In this document: positions 17,613 through 31,539 of the stretch, piece by piece | Position numbering within the stretch: position 1 is the first letter of the stretch | How the letters are laid out: the number at the start of each line of letters is the position of its first letter | Translations under genes and position numbers: made by a program | The notes under the pieces: generated by a model | Told to the model about the DNA's origin: nothing | The model's database searches: none | What the model saw: the letters and a program-made list of their open reading frames with translations, nothing else | NCBI GenBank assembly: GCA_964016885.1 | Contig: OZ024740.1 | Coordinates: 345,340,001 to 345,404,000, forward strand | Direction of reading: 5' to 3' | From: Eledone cirrhosa | Lineage: Eukaryota | DNA: 64,000 nt

Positions 17613-19919
17613 TGAGACAGAATGGGACACAGAGTGACAGAAAATAGACAATGATGGTCGTATATAATATCTGCGATTTTTATTCTTCTACTTTTATTTA
17701 ATAGTGACTTTCAAAGAAAAGAAGTTTACACGTGCGGAAAGAGCGACACGATGTCTGCATATTGCAAGAGTGACACCTAACGAGTGCTTTACACAACAAC
17801 AATGCCGGCTGACACGTAAGCGACGTGTGAATAGGGGGCAAACTCTTCATGTAAGTGGGGACGGTTCAAATGCTTGCTTAGCCTTTACAAACGCACGTGT
17901 AAACTGTTGTTGGTGTGCATGCGTGTGCAAATGCATATATATATTTATATAGACAGATAGATATAGATATATATAGTTATATATTGTCTGTTTTTTTTGT
18001 ATTTATGTACTTTTGATTGCTGTAAATGGTTGTTATTATTATTATTATTTGTTACTTTAAACTTGTTTGTAAATATATATGTACGTATATTATCTATCTA
18101 TCTCCTTCCATCCATTTATTCTTACATACATACACAGATATATATACATACATACATTCATACATGCATACATAAATACTTACATACATATATACATACA
18201 TACATGCATACATAAATACATACATATATACATACATACATACTCACATACATGTTGCAAAAGTAATACACAATGGGATCTATAAGAAATATAACCAAGA
18301 GTAAACCATTGAAACATCTTTCTGTTCACTATACTCACACAATCTTCAGCACAGAATATTTGTGATGCATTACCATAATACTGTCCACCAAATCAAATAT
18401 AACAGGTAAGTGGCCGGATATAATTGTATGAGACGGAAACGAAAAATTGTATACATTTAAAGCGGTTAGTTTCCTTGCTGACGTTGACATAGAAAATTCT
18501 ATGATAAATAGAATATTTATTGACAAAGCTTCAAAATCAATAGTTTATTTACCTACATTCTATCAGTCATTATTGATAGACATAGTTATTCCAATATTTA
18601 ATTTATAACCTGGAAATTCTTTTTTTTTTTTTTTCAGGCGAAAAATACATTACACCATTTCCATCATAAAAATATATACACTGGGATTAACTGGAGAAAT
18701 CGGCAAGTCTTTTAAAAACAATTCAATCTAACAGTTACTGGTAAACATATATCATACATACAAATGTACATTTATTTATGCTAAATATTAACAAAACCAT
18801 TTTAGATTACTGGTCAGAATACAGCAAATACACCTGGGTTCAAAATGGATGTTACGAATTGCTATTTCCAGTTACCTACACTTATATAGTTTTTTTAGAT
18901 TTGGGGTGTTTTTGTTTTTGCAACACAATAGAAGAAACGATATTACCAAACAAGAAAAACCTGTCATACACAATCTCCATTTAACAAGTGAAAATCGGAA
19001 TGACAAGTGTCAGGAAAACGTTTATATGACAGCCGTGTATGTAGTTTAAAAGAAAGACCGTAGGGGAGGGGGTATAAGTAGTGTCACCTGCTACATGAAC
19101 ACTTAATAAAAAAAAGTGGACGCTCGTATATTTCATGTTGTAAGTCAAAACATTAAATAAAATGTAATATAAATTTAGTGATTGATAAGAGTTATTTTAA
19201 ATTTCTAAATCTGGTCAAAGAGCAAGGGGAAACAACTATGAATTTGTTAGCATTAATTAAATAAGTAATGCAGTGGAAAGTCTGTCTTATCAATCCTCTT
19301 CATTGTAATATTAATAGCAGATTTAATTAATCGATTTAATCGCTATTTCGGTGTTACCTTCCCTGCCTCGTTGAGCTGACCACATATACACACACACACA
19401 CATAAACGTGCATACATACATACATCTTCTCGAATTTGTGCGTGAATGAAGCTATAAAAATGCGGATGAGAAGAGAGAATTTGTTTAGCTTTAAGCTCCA
19501 GCGAGAAATCTTTTAGTTTAATAATTTGAACATATTTAACTGGTATCAATCCGATAAAGCAAATACACAGAAATTTACTAAAGTTATAAGGTTTTATTCA
19601 AGTAGCAGCAAAGAATTGATAAATGTGTACGAACACGGAAGACCCGAACTCCCACTGTCAGCGCCTCCATTTCTCTCGCCATCCCCATCTCTCTGTATTA
19701 TGAGCAAATGGGGTCCCACGTATTGGTCGTCCCTCGGCCTCAGCGGATAGAATGGAGAAAGCGTTTCCTCGGAGGATGGTAAGGGACTTGCGCTGGAAGA
19801 GCCATTCCACCTCGCAAGGCACACAACAGCGGCTAGCCAAGTGGATATAGCGAATAATGAAGATATTAATTTAGCAGATCTGTATGCAGTACATAGTGTA
19901 TGTCTGTATGTTAAACACA

Positions 19920-20290
19920 CTTATACATCATGGGGCTCTGTGTTTTGTTTTCCTCAAGTTATCTATTATTACAGGGTGGCTTGTGTATTCATGACTTAAA
20001 TTCTGCTTATCTCTGTATACAGATTTTTCATATTTGGAGAATTTCTCCATTTGTTTAAGAGATATTGTCATTGGATGGAACCGATTAGGAGGCTTGTCTA
20101 TTCCTGATAGATATTGAGAATAGTATCGGGTCGATTTATCTTGCAAACTTGTTTACGTGTATTGGAATATCCCAGTGAATATTTGCTTTGTCACACTCTG
20201 ATAACTTTTCTGGTTTATGACTACATGACCTCTTTTCTCTGGGTATAAACAGGCCTGCGACAGTCAACAGTGCTTTCCACCATTTTGCGT
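19920..20290 (-). mobile_element. Decayed R4/Dong-type non-LTR retrotransposon, restriction-like endonuclease domain
   Basis: Fragments ECDKANIHWDIPIHVNK, NRPDTIL, ISLKQMEKFSKYE and PVIIDNL resemble ILWDMPIHTDR..ANRPDIV...KEMEKLSKYKDL...PVIIGALG of RLE-bearing LINEs. Confidence 0.65.
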
Positions 20291-20320
20291 TCTATATAAT
20301 AAAGTACCATTAGACCCCAT

Positions 20321-20500
20321 TTGGCAGTATCGGTAGAGGGTTGGACGCCATGCTTTCTAGCATAGTTACGTCCCTTTACGGTCTGAGTTCAAATCCCGCC
20401 AAGGTTAACTTCGCCTTTCATCCTTCCGGGGTCGATAAAATAAAGTACCAGTAATGTACTGGATAATTGCTGGCCTTGTGCCTAAAGTAGAACAATTATT
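20321..20500 (+). mobile_element. tRNA-derived SINE family A (short variant)
   Basis: tggcagtatcggtag (A-box-like), gagttcaaatccc (B-box), central gcctttcatccttccggggtcgataaaataaagtaccag, ATT tail; many copies in window. Confidence 0.9.
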
Positions 20501-20537
20501 TTGAACAGTAATAGAATATAGAAGCAGATGTGACACT

Positions 20538-20635
20538 TACTACTACTACTACTACTACTGCAGCTGCTGCTGCTGCTGCTACTACTACTACTACTGCTAC
20601 TGCTACTGCTACTGCTGCAGCTGCTGCTGCTCCTG

Positions 20636-20699
<64 letters not shown>

Positions 20700-20700
20700 C
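20538..20700. repeat. (ACT)n/(GCT)n trinucleotide repeat
   Basis: Directly visible. Confidence 0.95.
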
Positions 20701-21036
20701 AGTTGCATTCTAAATATACAGGTTGCACTGACGCAGTTGTTGATGTTACTACGTTTATATTTAGCTGTTTGTACTTTGGAAAAAATGAGATGAAAAAATA
20801 GAAAATCAAGAAAAACTAAATGGGGAAAAATATTTTGTAGGAAATTCGATGCCAACAAATTTTGACACAGATTTGACTTCTAGTTAAATAGTTGGCTATG
20901 AAGATTTTTTTCACAAGAGAAGTTCCTGGTTGTCATTTCCCTGACCGTCTCACTGTCTCTCTGTATTTCCATGTCTGGCATACTCTCTCACTCCTCCACT
21001 CTCTTTCTTCACTCCTTCATTATATATATATATATG

Positions 21037-21112
<76 letters not shown>

Positions 21113-21130
21113 AATACATATATGAAGTCA

Positions 21131-21506
21131 AGTAAGAATATTTTCGAAACAGCGAGTGGGTTTGAAATTATTAGAAATGTAAGCTATCGCCGTATTTTGA
21201 CTAAAGAAATTAAAGAAATTATTTAGCCTGATAGTGGGGTTAAGAACCCTCGGAGAAATGAAAAAAGATGAGTATTGACGTACATGGGAGTCGAACACAC
21301 ATCTTTGGTTATCCGGATCACTGTGCTACCATTTACACCAACATGGTAGCACAGTGGTCCAGATAACCAAAGATGTGGGTTCGACTCCCATGTACGTCAA
21401 TACTCATCTTTTTCCATTTCTCCGAGGGTTCTTAACCCCACTATCAGGATAAATAATTTCATTAATTTCTTTAGTCAAAATACGGCGATAGCTTACATTT
21501 CTAATA
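21131..21506 (-). mobile_element. Fold-back element with tRNA-like head: about 164-bp inverted arms (21169-21332 and 21343-21506), 10-nt loop, unique 38-bp tail, 13-bp flanking direct repeat
   Basis: Arms are near-perfect reverse complements. Minus strand reads tggtgtaaatggtagcac...gttcgactccc (A- and B-box-like). atatatgaagtca occurs at 21118-21130 and 21504-21516. Confidence 0.85.
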
Positions 21507-21746
21507 TATGAAGTCATATGAATGTGTATACAATAAAAACGCCCGCATACGTAAATATATACAAAAGTAGCGATGTGTATATATATATGAGTGTGTGTCT
21601 ATGTGTGTGTGTGCGTAAAAATACTGCCATCCAGTAGGAATGCAACATGAACATTTATGACTAAATATACATTGTTTCTTTTGATATAGTTTCAGTTGAA
21701 ATACATATGATTGATTAATGAACGAATATCTAAATATATTGGAATT

Positions 21747-21940
21747 ATAATTCTTTCTACGTTTGGCACAAGGCTAGCAATTATCCCAGTGTATTACTGG
21801 TACTTTATTTTATCGACCCCGTAAGGATGAAAGGCTAAGTTAACCTCGGCGGTATTTGAACTCAAACCGTAAGGGGATGTAATACTATTCTGGAAAGCTT
21901 GGTGCCTGACCCTCTACTGATATTGACAATCCACCGCCTT
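21747..21940 (-). mobile_element. SINE family A copy
   Basis: Reverse complement of the family A consensus including the head. Confidence 0.88.
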
Positions 21941-22355
21941 TGCATAATACATAATGTATTCTAATTATTGATTTATTATCAGAAATAATTGCATTTTAAT
22001 GAATGAAGCAATTATGGATTCGATTCACAAACCAGACATTATTTATCATGATGGATTATTCGTTTCTTTTTATCAAGTCCAGCTATTTTGGGGGGTTTTC
22101 TCTATATTAATGTGTGTCTGTATGCCTCTCTAAGCGACTAACTATTTATATCTCTTTCCCCCGGTCAAGAGATAGTTAGATAAATAGGTACAACTTTGTA
22201 GCAAAACAAATACGCTATCTACAAGACAGCGAGTTCGCGTTCATGTATACACATATATACACACAAACGCACACACATACACACAGGTACGCGCGGCGCG
22301 CACGCACACAGACACACACACACACTTATATATATATATACATGTGTGTGTGTGT

Positions 22356-22416
<61 letters not shown>

Positions 22417-22427
22417 TATATACATGT

Positions 22428-22530
22428 GCTGCGCGACCCAGTTGTTAGAGCGTTCAAATTACAATCGTTATGGATTCAATTCACAAACAAGTGGCATATT
22501 GTATCCTTGAGCAACACAAATCACTTACGT
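22428..22530 (+). mobile_element. Decayed tRNA-derived SINE head
   Basis: gcgcgacccagttgttagagcg...tccttgagcaacac resembles the heads at 24306(-), 32237 and 42418(-). Confidence 0.5.
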
Positions 22531-23819
22531 CATTAGTGAATTCACGTAACCAGTCAACTCACCACACATACAACATCATTTGTAAATACTTCAAATCTAC
22601 CCAAGTAACATATTTACATGCATAAACACACGTCTGCTCTAATTCACATGTGTTAAAATATTTATGTATAATTGCATTCATGACACATGCAACAGCCCAT
22701 CTCAGTGAGTGTGTGTGCATATGTATTTGAATTCGTGCTTCTATTCATGCATATATATGCATGCTTGCATGTATGTATGTATATGTTCTTTTGGTTTTAT
22801 AATTTCACAAATGTTTACCAATAGAGAGAGAGTCGGTTTCTAACATAGATACAAGTCTCTCTCATTGGAATTTACACATCAACTAGGTAGATATGTCTGC
22901 ATGTCTGCATGCATGCATGTGCGTGCAGTTGTGGATGTTATTGTATGTGTTGATGTGGATGTTTCGAGTTATATGTGTGCATGTGTGCTTTATATCTGTA
23001 CATGTGTACATGAATTTATTAGATGCAGAATGTTTGCAATGTTTTACATAAATTTACTGTTCATTTAACGTATTGTACTTGTAATTTTCTAACTCGTCGT
23101 GTTCTTTCTGTTTCTGTATGTATGCGTGTATACATGTATGTATGCACGTATATATGTATGTTTATGTGTGTGCGTGTCTCCCTGTGTGTATGCGAATGAA
23201 GTCGCATGAATTAGAATTTAGCTTGTTTGGTTCGATTCCTGACGGGCCATTGAAACTTTGATCAAAGCACTTTATTGCTCTAGTCCACTCATTTGGCAAA
23301 GATGTGTTATTCAAAAGGTGATACTTAATACACACTGTGTCATGGTAAATCTCGCTGACAACTATGTTAAGGGCAGACATGTCTCTAGAATGTTCAGACA
23401 CTTGCATGTTAATTAAACAAGCAAGCGTATGTCCAAGATATACTCATACAAATACTTGGATGCATATGTCTGTTTGCTAATACTTGTATATTCATATGTA
23501 TGTATATATATAGAGAGAGAAGAGAAACAGTGAGTGAGTGAAAGTGTGAGGAAGAGTTAACTGACATGACAGAGGGGGAGAAACAGAGAGAATGGGGGAA
23601 CAGTAAGAGAGAGAAAAAAACACAGAATCGCAGTGGTAAATATATGTAATAAAATATAAAGAAAAATACTGCAGGTAGCACATGGATAACATGTAATAAA
23701 ATGAGTCCCTCATCAGTGATTTGCCGACGATCATAGATATTTCATTGCATACACACATATGTATATATGTATGTATGTATCTATGTATGTATGTATGTAT
23801 GTATAATATATAATATATT

Positions 23820-23867
<48 letters not shown>

Positions 23868-24020
23868 GTTTCATTTCCTGTTTACAATCCGGCGATGAAG
23901 AAGTCGCTTCGTTCTAAGTATACTTGCTTAGTACTATATTACCCATCTGAAACACATTAAATGTTATATTTGTTGAGTTCTCTGCACGAAAAAAATATCC
24001 TTTTATTATATATATATCTA

Positions 24021-24306
24021 AAAAGTCTAAAGTCTGTCTTAAGCCAGAAGACTCATTTGGCCGGTGCTTATCCCGGTTTCATGGCGTGAAGCGATTGAGA
24101 GTACAGGACTCCCCCCTGGACAGGACGCCAGTCCATCGCAGGGTTAAACCTCCAGCTATTGCTGGTACTCATTTTCAGCTGAGTATACTGGAGCAACGTG
24201 AAATGAAGTGTTTTGCTCAAGAACACAACACGCAACCCAGGAATCGAGCCCACGACAATATGATCGTAAGTCCAACACCCTTACCACTAGGCCACGCGCC
24301 TCCACG
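24021..24306 (-). mobile_element. Full-length tRNA-derived SINE with a Deu/Nin-like central domain
   Basis: Minus strand: ggaggcgcgtggcctagtggtaagg (A-box), ctcgattcc (B-box-like), cttgagcaaaacac, then ccctgcgatggactggcgtcctgtccaggggg...cgcttcacgccatgaaaccggg. The central domain name is from memory and needs checking. Confidence 0.8.
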
Positions 24307-24547
24307 ATATACATATATATATATATGTGTGTGGGTGTGTGCATGCGTGTGTGTGTGTGTGTGTGTGTGTTTCTGTGTGTGCGTGTATGGTGTTGGTGGT
24401 AGTGGTGCTGGTGGTCGTGGTGTTGGTGGTGTTGTTGGTGGTGGTGGTGTTGGTGGTGGTGGTGTTGTTGATGTTACTGTTATTGTTGGTGGTGTTGGTG
24501 TCGTTGTTGTTGTTGTTGTTGTTATTGTTGGTGGTGGTGTATGTGAC

Positions 24548-24605
<58 letters not shown>

Positions 24606-25170
24606 CGTGATCTTCTTATATTCCAGATGAAATAATCTGACATTTACCGATATATGTAATCACGTAATTGAATTAGTTTTCGTCTACCAAATATATTAAC
24701 AACACATTGTTATATAATTTATGAATTTATTATCTGAAAACTACATTAGATTTTCGTTCGGTTTTGTTAGTCACTTATATAATTCAACATTAATATGAAA
24801 GTCTTGAGTTTTCCATAACTTACGACACACACACATATATATGCTGCTTATTTACATGCTTAAAGATGGAAAAACCCCTTACGCAGTCGTTCGACAAACC
24901 TGAAATCTCTTATGTGACAAAAACACGTTTGACCTTAGTTAATATACATGAATCTCTGGAGATTCATGTATATTAATCGACTGACCATCTGTGTTCCCCT
25001 CATACTACGATATTAAATCTCCTTCAGGTTAGAACTTTTTGAGATGGAACATGTAATTGTTATGATGAGATCACGTGAGAGGTGATCATTCTAGGTGATC
25101 ATTCTGTTATCAAGTTAATAGTAATCCATCAGAAATGTCATCAATGATCCTCGCTGACGTTTTCGATCAT

Positions 25171-25350
25171 GGTGAATTGGCAGTATCGGTAGAGGGTCGG
25201 ACACCATAAATTGCAGCATAGTTACGTCCCTTTACGGTCAGAGTTCAAATCCCGTCGAAGTTTGCTATTCATCCTTACGAGGTCGATAAAATAAGGTAAC
25301 CAGTAATGTAGTGGAAATTGCTGCCCTTGTGCCAAAAGTAGAAACAATTA
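25171..25350 (+). mobile_element. SINE family A copy
   Basis: Matches 20321-20500. Confidence 0.88.
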
Positions 25351-25872
25351 TATTTAGAATTTTCATTTTCCAAATACCCATCAATTGTTCATGTCCTCAG
25401 ATATAAAGATTTAGCTTATCCTCTTAACGGAATATCCAGAGGTTTCTACCAAAACCTGCCACATTGACGTATTATACCGGATGGCCTAACATGTATATAT
25501 ATATACCTCATATACAAACAAAGGTGTGTTTTATCGCTGAGTGCACCTGTGTGAGTATGATAATGAGTGCGTGTGTAAAGAAACAAATAGAGACAGGAGA
25601 CGAAAAAAGAGACAGAAGAGAGAGAGAGAGTGAGATAAATAGATAGAGAGAGAGAGGGGGGGGGAGAGAAACATGGAGCGAGACAGAGAGGTGAGGCATA
25701 ATAAAAAGGATCAAAATCTCGACAGCTGAATCGGAAATAATTAGTTGAAATTAACGAGAGAATAATGATCTTCAATAAAATAATAATTAACATTGAAAAT
25801 TGCCATGTAGTAATTTCGTTTTGTGTGAACATAATGCAACATACTCTTATTTAATTGCTACATGCTAGTCCA

Positions 25873-25955
<83 letters not shown>

Positions 25956-26123
25956 ACCATTATTATGGATATTTTATTTGTGTTTGGAATAATTTTTTAA
26001 AATCTGATAATTTTTGTTCATCACAAAATGTATCGGAGTTACTTCTTTCTTTATGCAAAAGTGTAGAGACACGCTCACATAAACACACGCATTATATATA
26101 TATATATAAATATTTATATATAT

Positions 26124-26164
<41 letters not shown>

Positions 26165-26236
26165 GTAATAATAATAAATTTTAAGACTAAAATCCAAAGA
26201 GGGCTCGATAAGGATAAATATATATATATATAATAA

Positions 26237-26272
<36 letters not shown>

Positions 26273-26298
26273 GGAGAGAGAGAGAGAGAGAGGGGGGG

Positions 26299-26465
26299 AG
26301 GCTTCTACCGTACTAGAACTGTTTCATTTTAAAAAGCCTTGCGGATTTTCTTCGAATGATACAGTTCTAGTTCTGTGGAAACCATTTTTATATTAAATAT
26401 TGTATATGCTCTACTATGTATTGAATACCTTACTTAATGTGGTTACCCCCCGATCAAACCTAACA
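26299..26465 (+). mobile_element. Fold-back short element, decayed relative of 40492-40657
   Basis: ctagaactgtttcatt...aatgatacagttctag hairpin plus tail ctctactatgtattgaataccttacttaatgtggttacc, shared with the 40.5 kb copy. Confidence 0.75.
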
Positions 26466-26495
26466 CACACACATATATATCTGTATATATATATG

Positions 26496-26535
<40 letters not shown>

Positions 26536-26555
26536 CATATATACAGATATATATA

Positions 26556-26659
<104 letters not shown>

Positions 26660-26701
26660 TTCGTTATTAACAAATGGAAACTATATTTATAAAACCATAT
26701 T

Positions 26702-26766
26702 TATTTCATTATACATATTTCAAGGATACCAAGTTAAATTATGGTATGCCTTCATCAGACAAAATA
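26702..26766 (-). ncRNA. Type I hammerhead ribozyme motif
   Basis: tattttgt-CTGATGA-aggcatacca(taatttaact)tggtatcctt-GAAA-tatgta-TA-atgaaata; stems I and II pair. Confidence 0.8.
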
Positions 26767-26927
26767 CAATATATACCAGTTTTATAAATAAACATTGACG
26801 TACCCTTTCAAAATGCGACCATTACTTTTGGACGACATCAGGATAGTGGTTTGTTTATTTTAGTATGTTGTTGTGTTAAGGATAAGTAAAAAGACGGAGA
26901 GATAGAGAGAAATGTGGAGAAAAGAAA

Positions 26928-27038
<111 letters not shown>

Positions 27039-27294
27039 GGTATATATTGAGTTAGGAACTCAAAATAGTCTCTTACAACAAAATAGCTCTAAGAAAGAGA
27101 TATTTCTTAGCCGTATATTATAATAGAATATAAAAGAAAAACGAACACAGATATATACATATATGTGTTCAGATCGTAAGGGACCAGATTCGCTAAGGTG
27201 AAAAGAATACTAACTATAGACAATTGGGTTCGCTTGTCTCAATTTAAGAAAAAATTAAGAAAATAAATAGAAACCAGTATTGTAGTAACTACCA

Positions 27295-27369
27295 ATCACC
27301 CAGAGAACTTGTTGTTTCGCCAAGTTAATTGTGAATAGAAATACTAATCCAAGCTCATCAGTGGGTGAT
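27295..27369 (-). ncRNA. Type I hammerhead ribozyme motif (slightly decayed)
   Basis: atcaccca-CTGATGA-gcttgg...cttggc-GAAAC-aacaagttc-TC-tgggtgat; perfect 8-bp stem I, one stem III mismatch, imperfect stem II. Confidence 0.7.
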
Positions 27370-28203
27370 GAATTAGTATCCTAGACACATCTATGTATGC
27401 TATATATATAAAATATAAAACACCGCACATGGCATCCTAGCGAGTCTCACATATATATATACATACATTTATATATATAATTATATATATATATATATAT
27501 ATACTCACTGTTTCACGTATATGCGTGTGTGTGTTTGTGTGCGCATGTGTGTACCTGCGTGTTTCTCCACGCCCTCACACATTCATTTATCCATCAAGCT
27601 TCTCAACTATTAATTCCAGTAGTTTCTTTCGAAACTTTGTTTGCTCTTCGAATTCCGCCAACATCGGATCATTGATAAAATAACCACTAGTTATATATAT
27701 GTATATTGAGGTGATTACTCCCATAAATAATTAAATATGCTCCCGGTCAATGTCTGAAATCATAACTATGTTAATATTGTTATATACACACATGTATTTG
27801 GCTGAATCGATAATCAATCGCTATCCGGGATACCATTGATCAGTAAATCAGACAAGCAAAATCCCACAATTATCTGTATAATGGAATGCTGTGGCCTTGT
27901 CGATATAATTGTGTTTATAGTGATGGCGATGCCTCAGGCATGGTTCAGTAGTAAAGAGATTTGCTTTGCAATCAACAGTTTCTATGTCCTACCTATTCCA
28001 CACCGTAGATCTTGACCATAACGTGCTCGTGAAATTGTGTGGAGCGAAGTTGGTTGGAACCCTATCAACTGTATCGTAATTTTAATTTAAATCCCCAACA
28101 TTTGTACATATTTTCACGCAATGTTAGAGCATTGCGTTTTGAGTACATGGACCTATATAAAATACAGCTTTTTATTGTAAACTGTGTGGTCGTTAGTCAT
28201 ATA

Positions 28204-28323
<120 letters not shown>

Positions 28324-28454
28324 CTATATATATATACATATCGATTCCAGAGTCAGACCAGATCCCTACTAATCGAACGTCGAGCTAATAGATAGCGAAA
28401 CGCGCATCACGTATGAATAAACGTGATGATGTTGTATTGATACCTCGATGCTGC

Positions 28455-28556
<102 letters not shown>

Positions 28557-28594
28557 GCAGCAGCAGCATCAAGGTATCAATACTACATCATTAT

Positions 28595-28771
28595 GGTGGA
28601 TTGGCAGTATCGGTAGAGACACCATGCTTTGAAGCATAGAGTTACGTCTCTTTATGATCTGAGTTCAAATCCCGCCGAGGTTAACTTTGCCTTTCATCCT
28701 TACGGGGTCGATAAAAATAAAGTACAAGTAATGTACTGGGTAATTGCTGGCCTTGTGCCAAAAATAGAAAC

Positions 28772-28776
<5 letters not shown>
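28595..28776 (+). mobile_element. SINE family A copy
   Basis: Matches 20321-20500. Confidence 0.88.
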
Positions 28777-28865
<89 letters not shown>

Positions 28866-29819
28866 ATGATACGGTGGATCGTATCTGTGTATGTTTTGTC
28901 TATCATTTGGCCAGTCCAAAAACAAGTCTTGTTCCTTATCCAACAAACCTAGATTCATGAAATAAGCCCGGGACTAAAATAAGTAAGGGAATCGAGATGA
29001 TTGACGGAAAACCATTGAAGGCGGTTCCATGGTATTGGCCGGAGTCCAATTATTGAAACCAATAAAAGAACAGTGATGTATATATATATACATATATATA
29101 TACATCACTGTTCTTTTATATATATATAAATATCACTGTTCATATATATGTTTGTGTGTGTGTGTGTGCGTATGTGGTTGGGTGTGTACGTCTGCATATG
29201 CACATACACTGATGCATGCATACATACATTCGTCGGAAAAAAGCGCGCACACTCAGAGTGGGATTTAGCAGCCAGTCCCAGTCTGGCGGAGCTAGTAGGG
29301 CGTGCCAAAGCATCCGTTTAGGCAAGCATAAGAAGCAAACATATAAAGCCAGCCAGCCACAGACAGACAGACAGTCAGTCAGTCGCTGAGTCGTGTAAGC
29401 AGACTGTCAGACACGACTGACTATCAGTGAATGATGAGTTGTCTCACTGATAGTTTCTCCTGTCCCCTTACACTACCGAGATAGCAACCTGTTTTCCACC
29501 TCCCTCATTTTCTCACTCCGTAATGCACGCCGCACTTATACACACACAAGCACATGGAAACACACATACACATATACGCGCACGCACACACATGCACACA
29601 AATATATGATATATATGTATATGCGCATACATAGATGCATGCTTATATACATACATCGGAAAAAAGCGCACACATTCAGAGTGGGATTTCACGTATATAT
29701 ATATATATATATATATATAAATATATATATATACGTGCCACATGAGAGCGAGCTCTGCTACTAACCACGACTACTGAAGCTAAGCTGGACACTCCTCCTA
29801 ATGGCTGTCAGATTCCAAC

Positions 29820-30200
29820 GACGATGCATTTTATTTGTATGTATGAATGGTTGGATGGATTGATAGATAGATAGTTGGAGGGATGGATGGATGAATAAAT
29901 GGATGGAAGGATGACTGGATAGATGGATGGACGGATGGATAGTGATAACGATGCCTTAGATGGATAAAAAAATGGATGAATGGATAGTTAGAAGTATCGA
30001 TGCTAATGTTTTGGCTGGCTGCTTGTATGGTTGGATGAGATGCTTAGATGGAGGGTTAGATGGAGGGACATTTTAAATGCAAGCAGGGTGAATGGATGAA
30101 TGGATGGATGGATGGATGGATGGATGGATGGACAGAGAGATGAACGGATAATGAGAAAGATAGATAGCTAGGAGCTTGAATGGATCAATCTGGATGCAGA
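29820..30200. repeat. Degenerate (GGAT)n tetranucleotide repeat
   Basis: Directly visible. Confidence 0.85.
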
Positions 30201-30809
30201 ATGTCTTCAGTGATGGATCAAGATATATTTTGTTACTTCCCACAGGCATGACTAGTCCATTTCAGAGTAGTAGATTTTGTATTGTAGTTACTGTGGTGCT
30301 GTAGTTATTGTTGTTATTATTTTTGTTGTGGCGGGGGTTGTATTGATGGTGGTGTTGGTGGCGGTAGCTGATGTTCTTTTTGTTACTGTTGTAGTTATAT
30401 TTTTAATAGCTAAATAGATTGAACTCTTCTCACTATCACCAACATATGAAACGTATAATGTCTGAATCAATCACAGTTAATCAGCTTGTCACAGATGCGC
30501 AAGCACACACAGACACACACACACACAGACACACACACACACATACATACGCACAATCAGACAAAATCAAACACAATAACGTACACATGCTCTTACAATG
30601 ATCATGTACATACACATATGATCTTACAATGGTCATATACACATACATAAACACACTAGCGTATGTAACGGTTTCTAGCTATGCGGGAGTGTCTGAGTGA
30701 GTGTCTGTCTACTGCGTCTGAAATATGCGTTTGTAGACATATATCTGAGCAGCTCTGTGGGTATGACAGAGAGATAAAGAGAAACAGAGAAAGAAAGAAA
30801 GTCAAAGAA

Positions 30810-30879
<70 letters not shown>

Positions 30880-31456
30880 TGTGTGTGTGTGTTTGTGTGG
30901 GTGCGTAAGGATGTGTGTGTTCTGTATATGTGGGTTACATGTAAGTGTGTGCTTGCGTAATTTATAATTTGTATTATTAATACATACTGTTGGAAGAATC
31001 AGTAAAGTGTCCGGCGAAATGCCTTGCGGTATCTTGTCGATTTGGCTGGAACTGAACTCATAACATCGGAAGCAGATCAAATACCGAAAGGCATTTTGTT
31101 CCACGCTCACCAACGATTATGGCAAATAATAGATTCTAATTTAGACACAAGGTTAGCAGTTTAAGAAAGGCTAAAGTTGACCTTGATAAAAAAATTCACT
31201 ACCCTGGGATTAGAATTTAGAGCATAAAGTGCCAAATGTTCAACACCACCACCACCAGTACCAGTACCAGCAACAAAATCATCAACATCAACTTCACTAC
31301 CACCCTAGGAGTACCAGCAAAACGAAAATACTCACACACGAAAATTCTAAAAATAAAATAACACACAAACATCCGGAAAGACGGGCAATTGTATATAAAC
31401 CATGAACAATAACATTTTAAATCTATACATTCAAATATAAAACACACATATATACA

Positions 31457-31532
<76 letters not shown>

Positions 31533-31539
<7 letters not shown>

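Noticed and set aside
18620-18710. Small host exon after a poly-T/CAG acceptor
   Set aside because: No recognisable peptide and only a GC-type donor; unsupported without transcript data.
21228-21262. CTGATAG-ggggttaagaaccct-GGAGAAA as a hammerhead in the tRNA fold-back element
   Set aside because: Core is non-canonical and stems I and III are absent.
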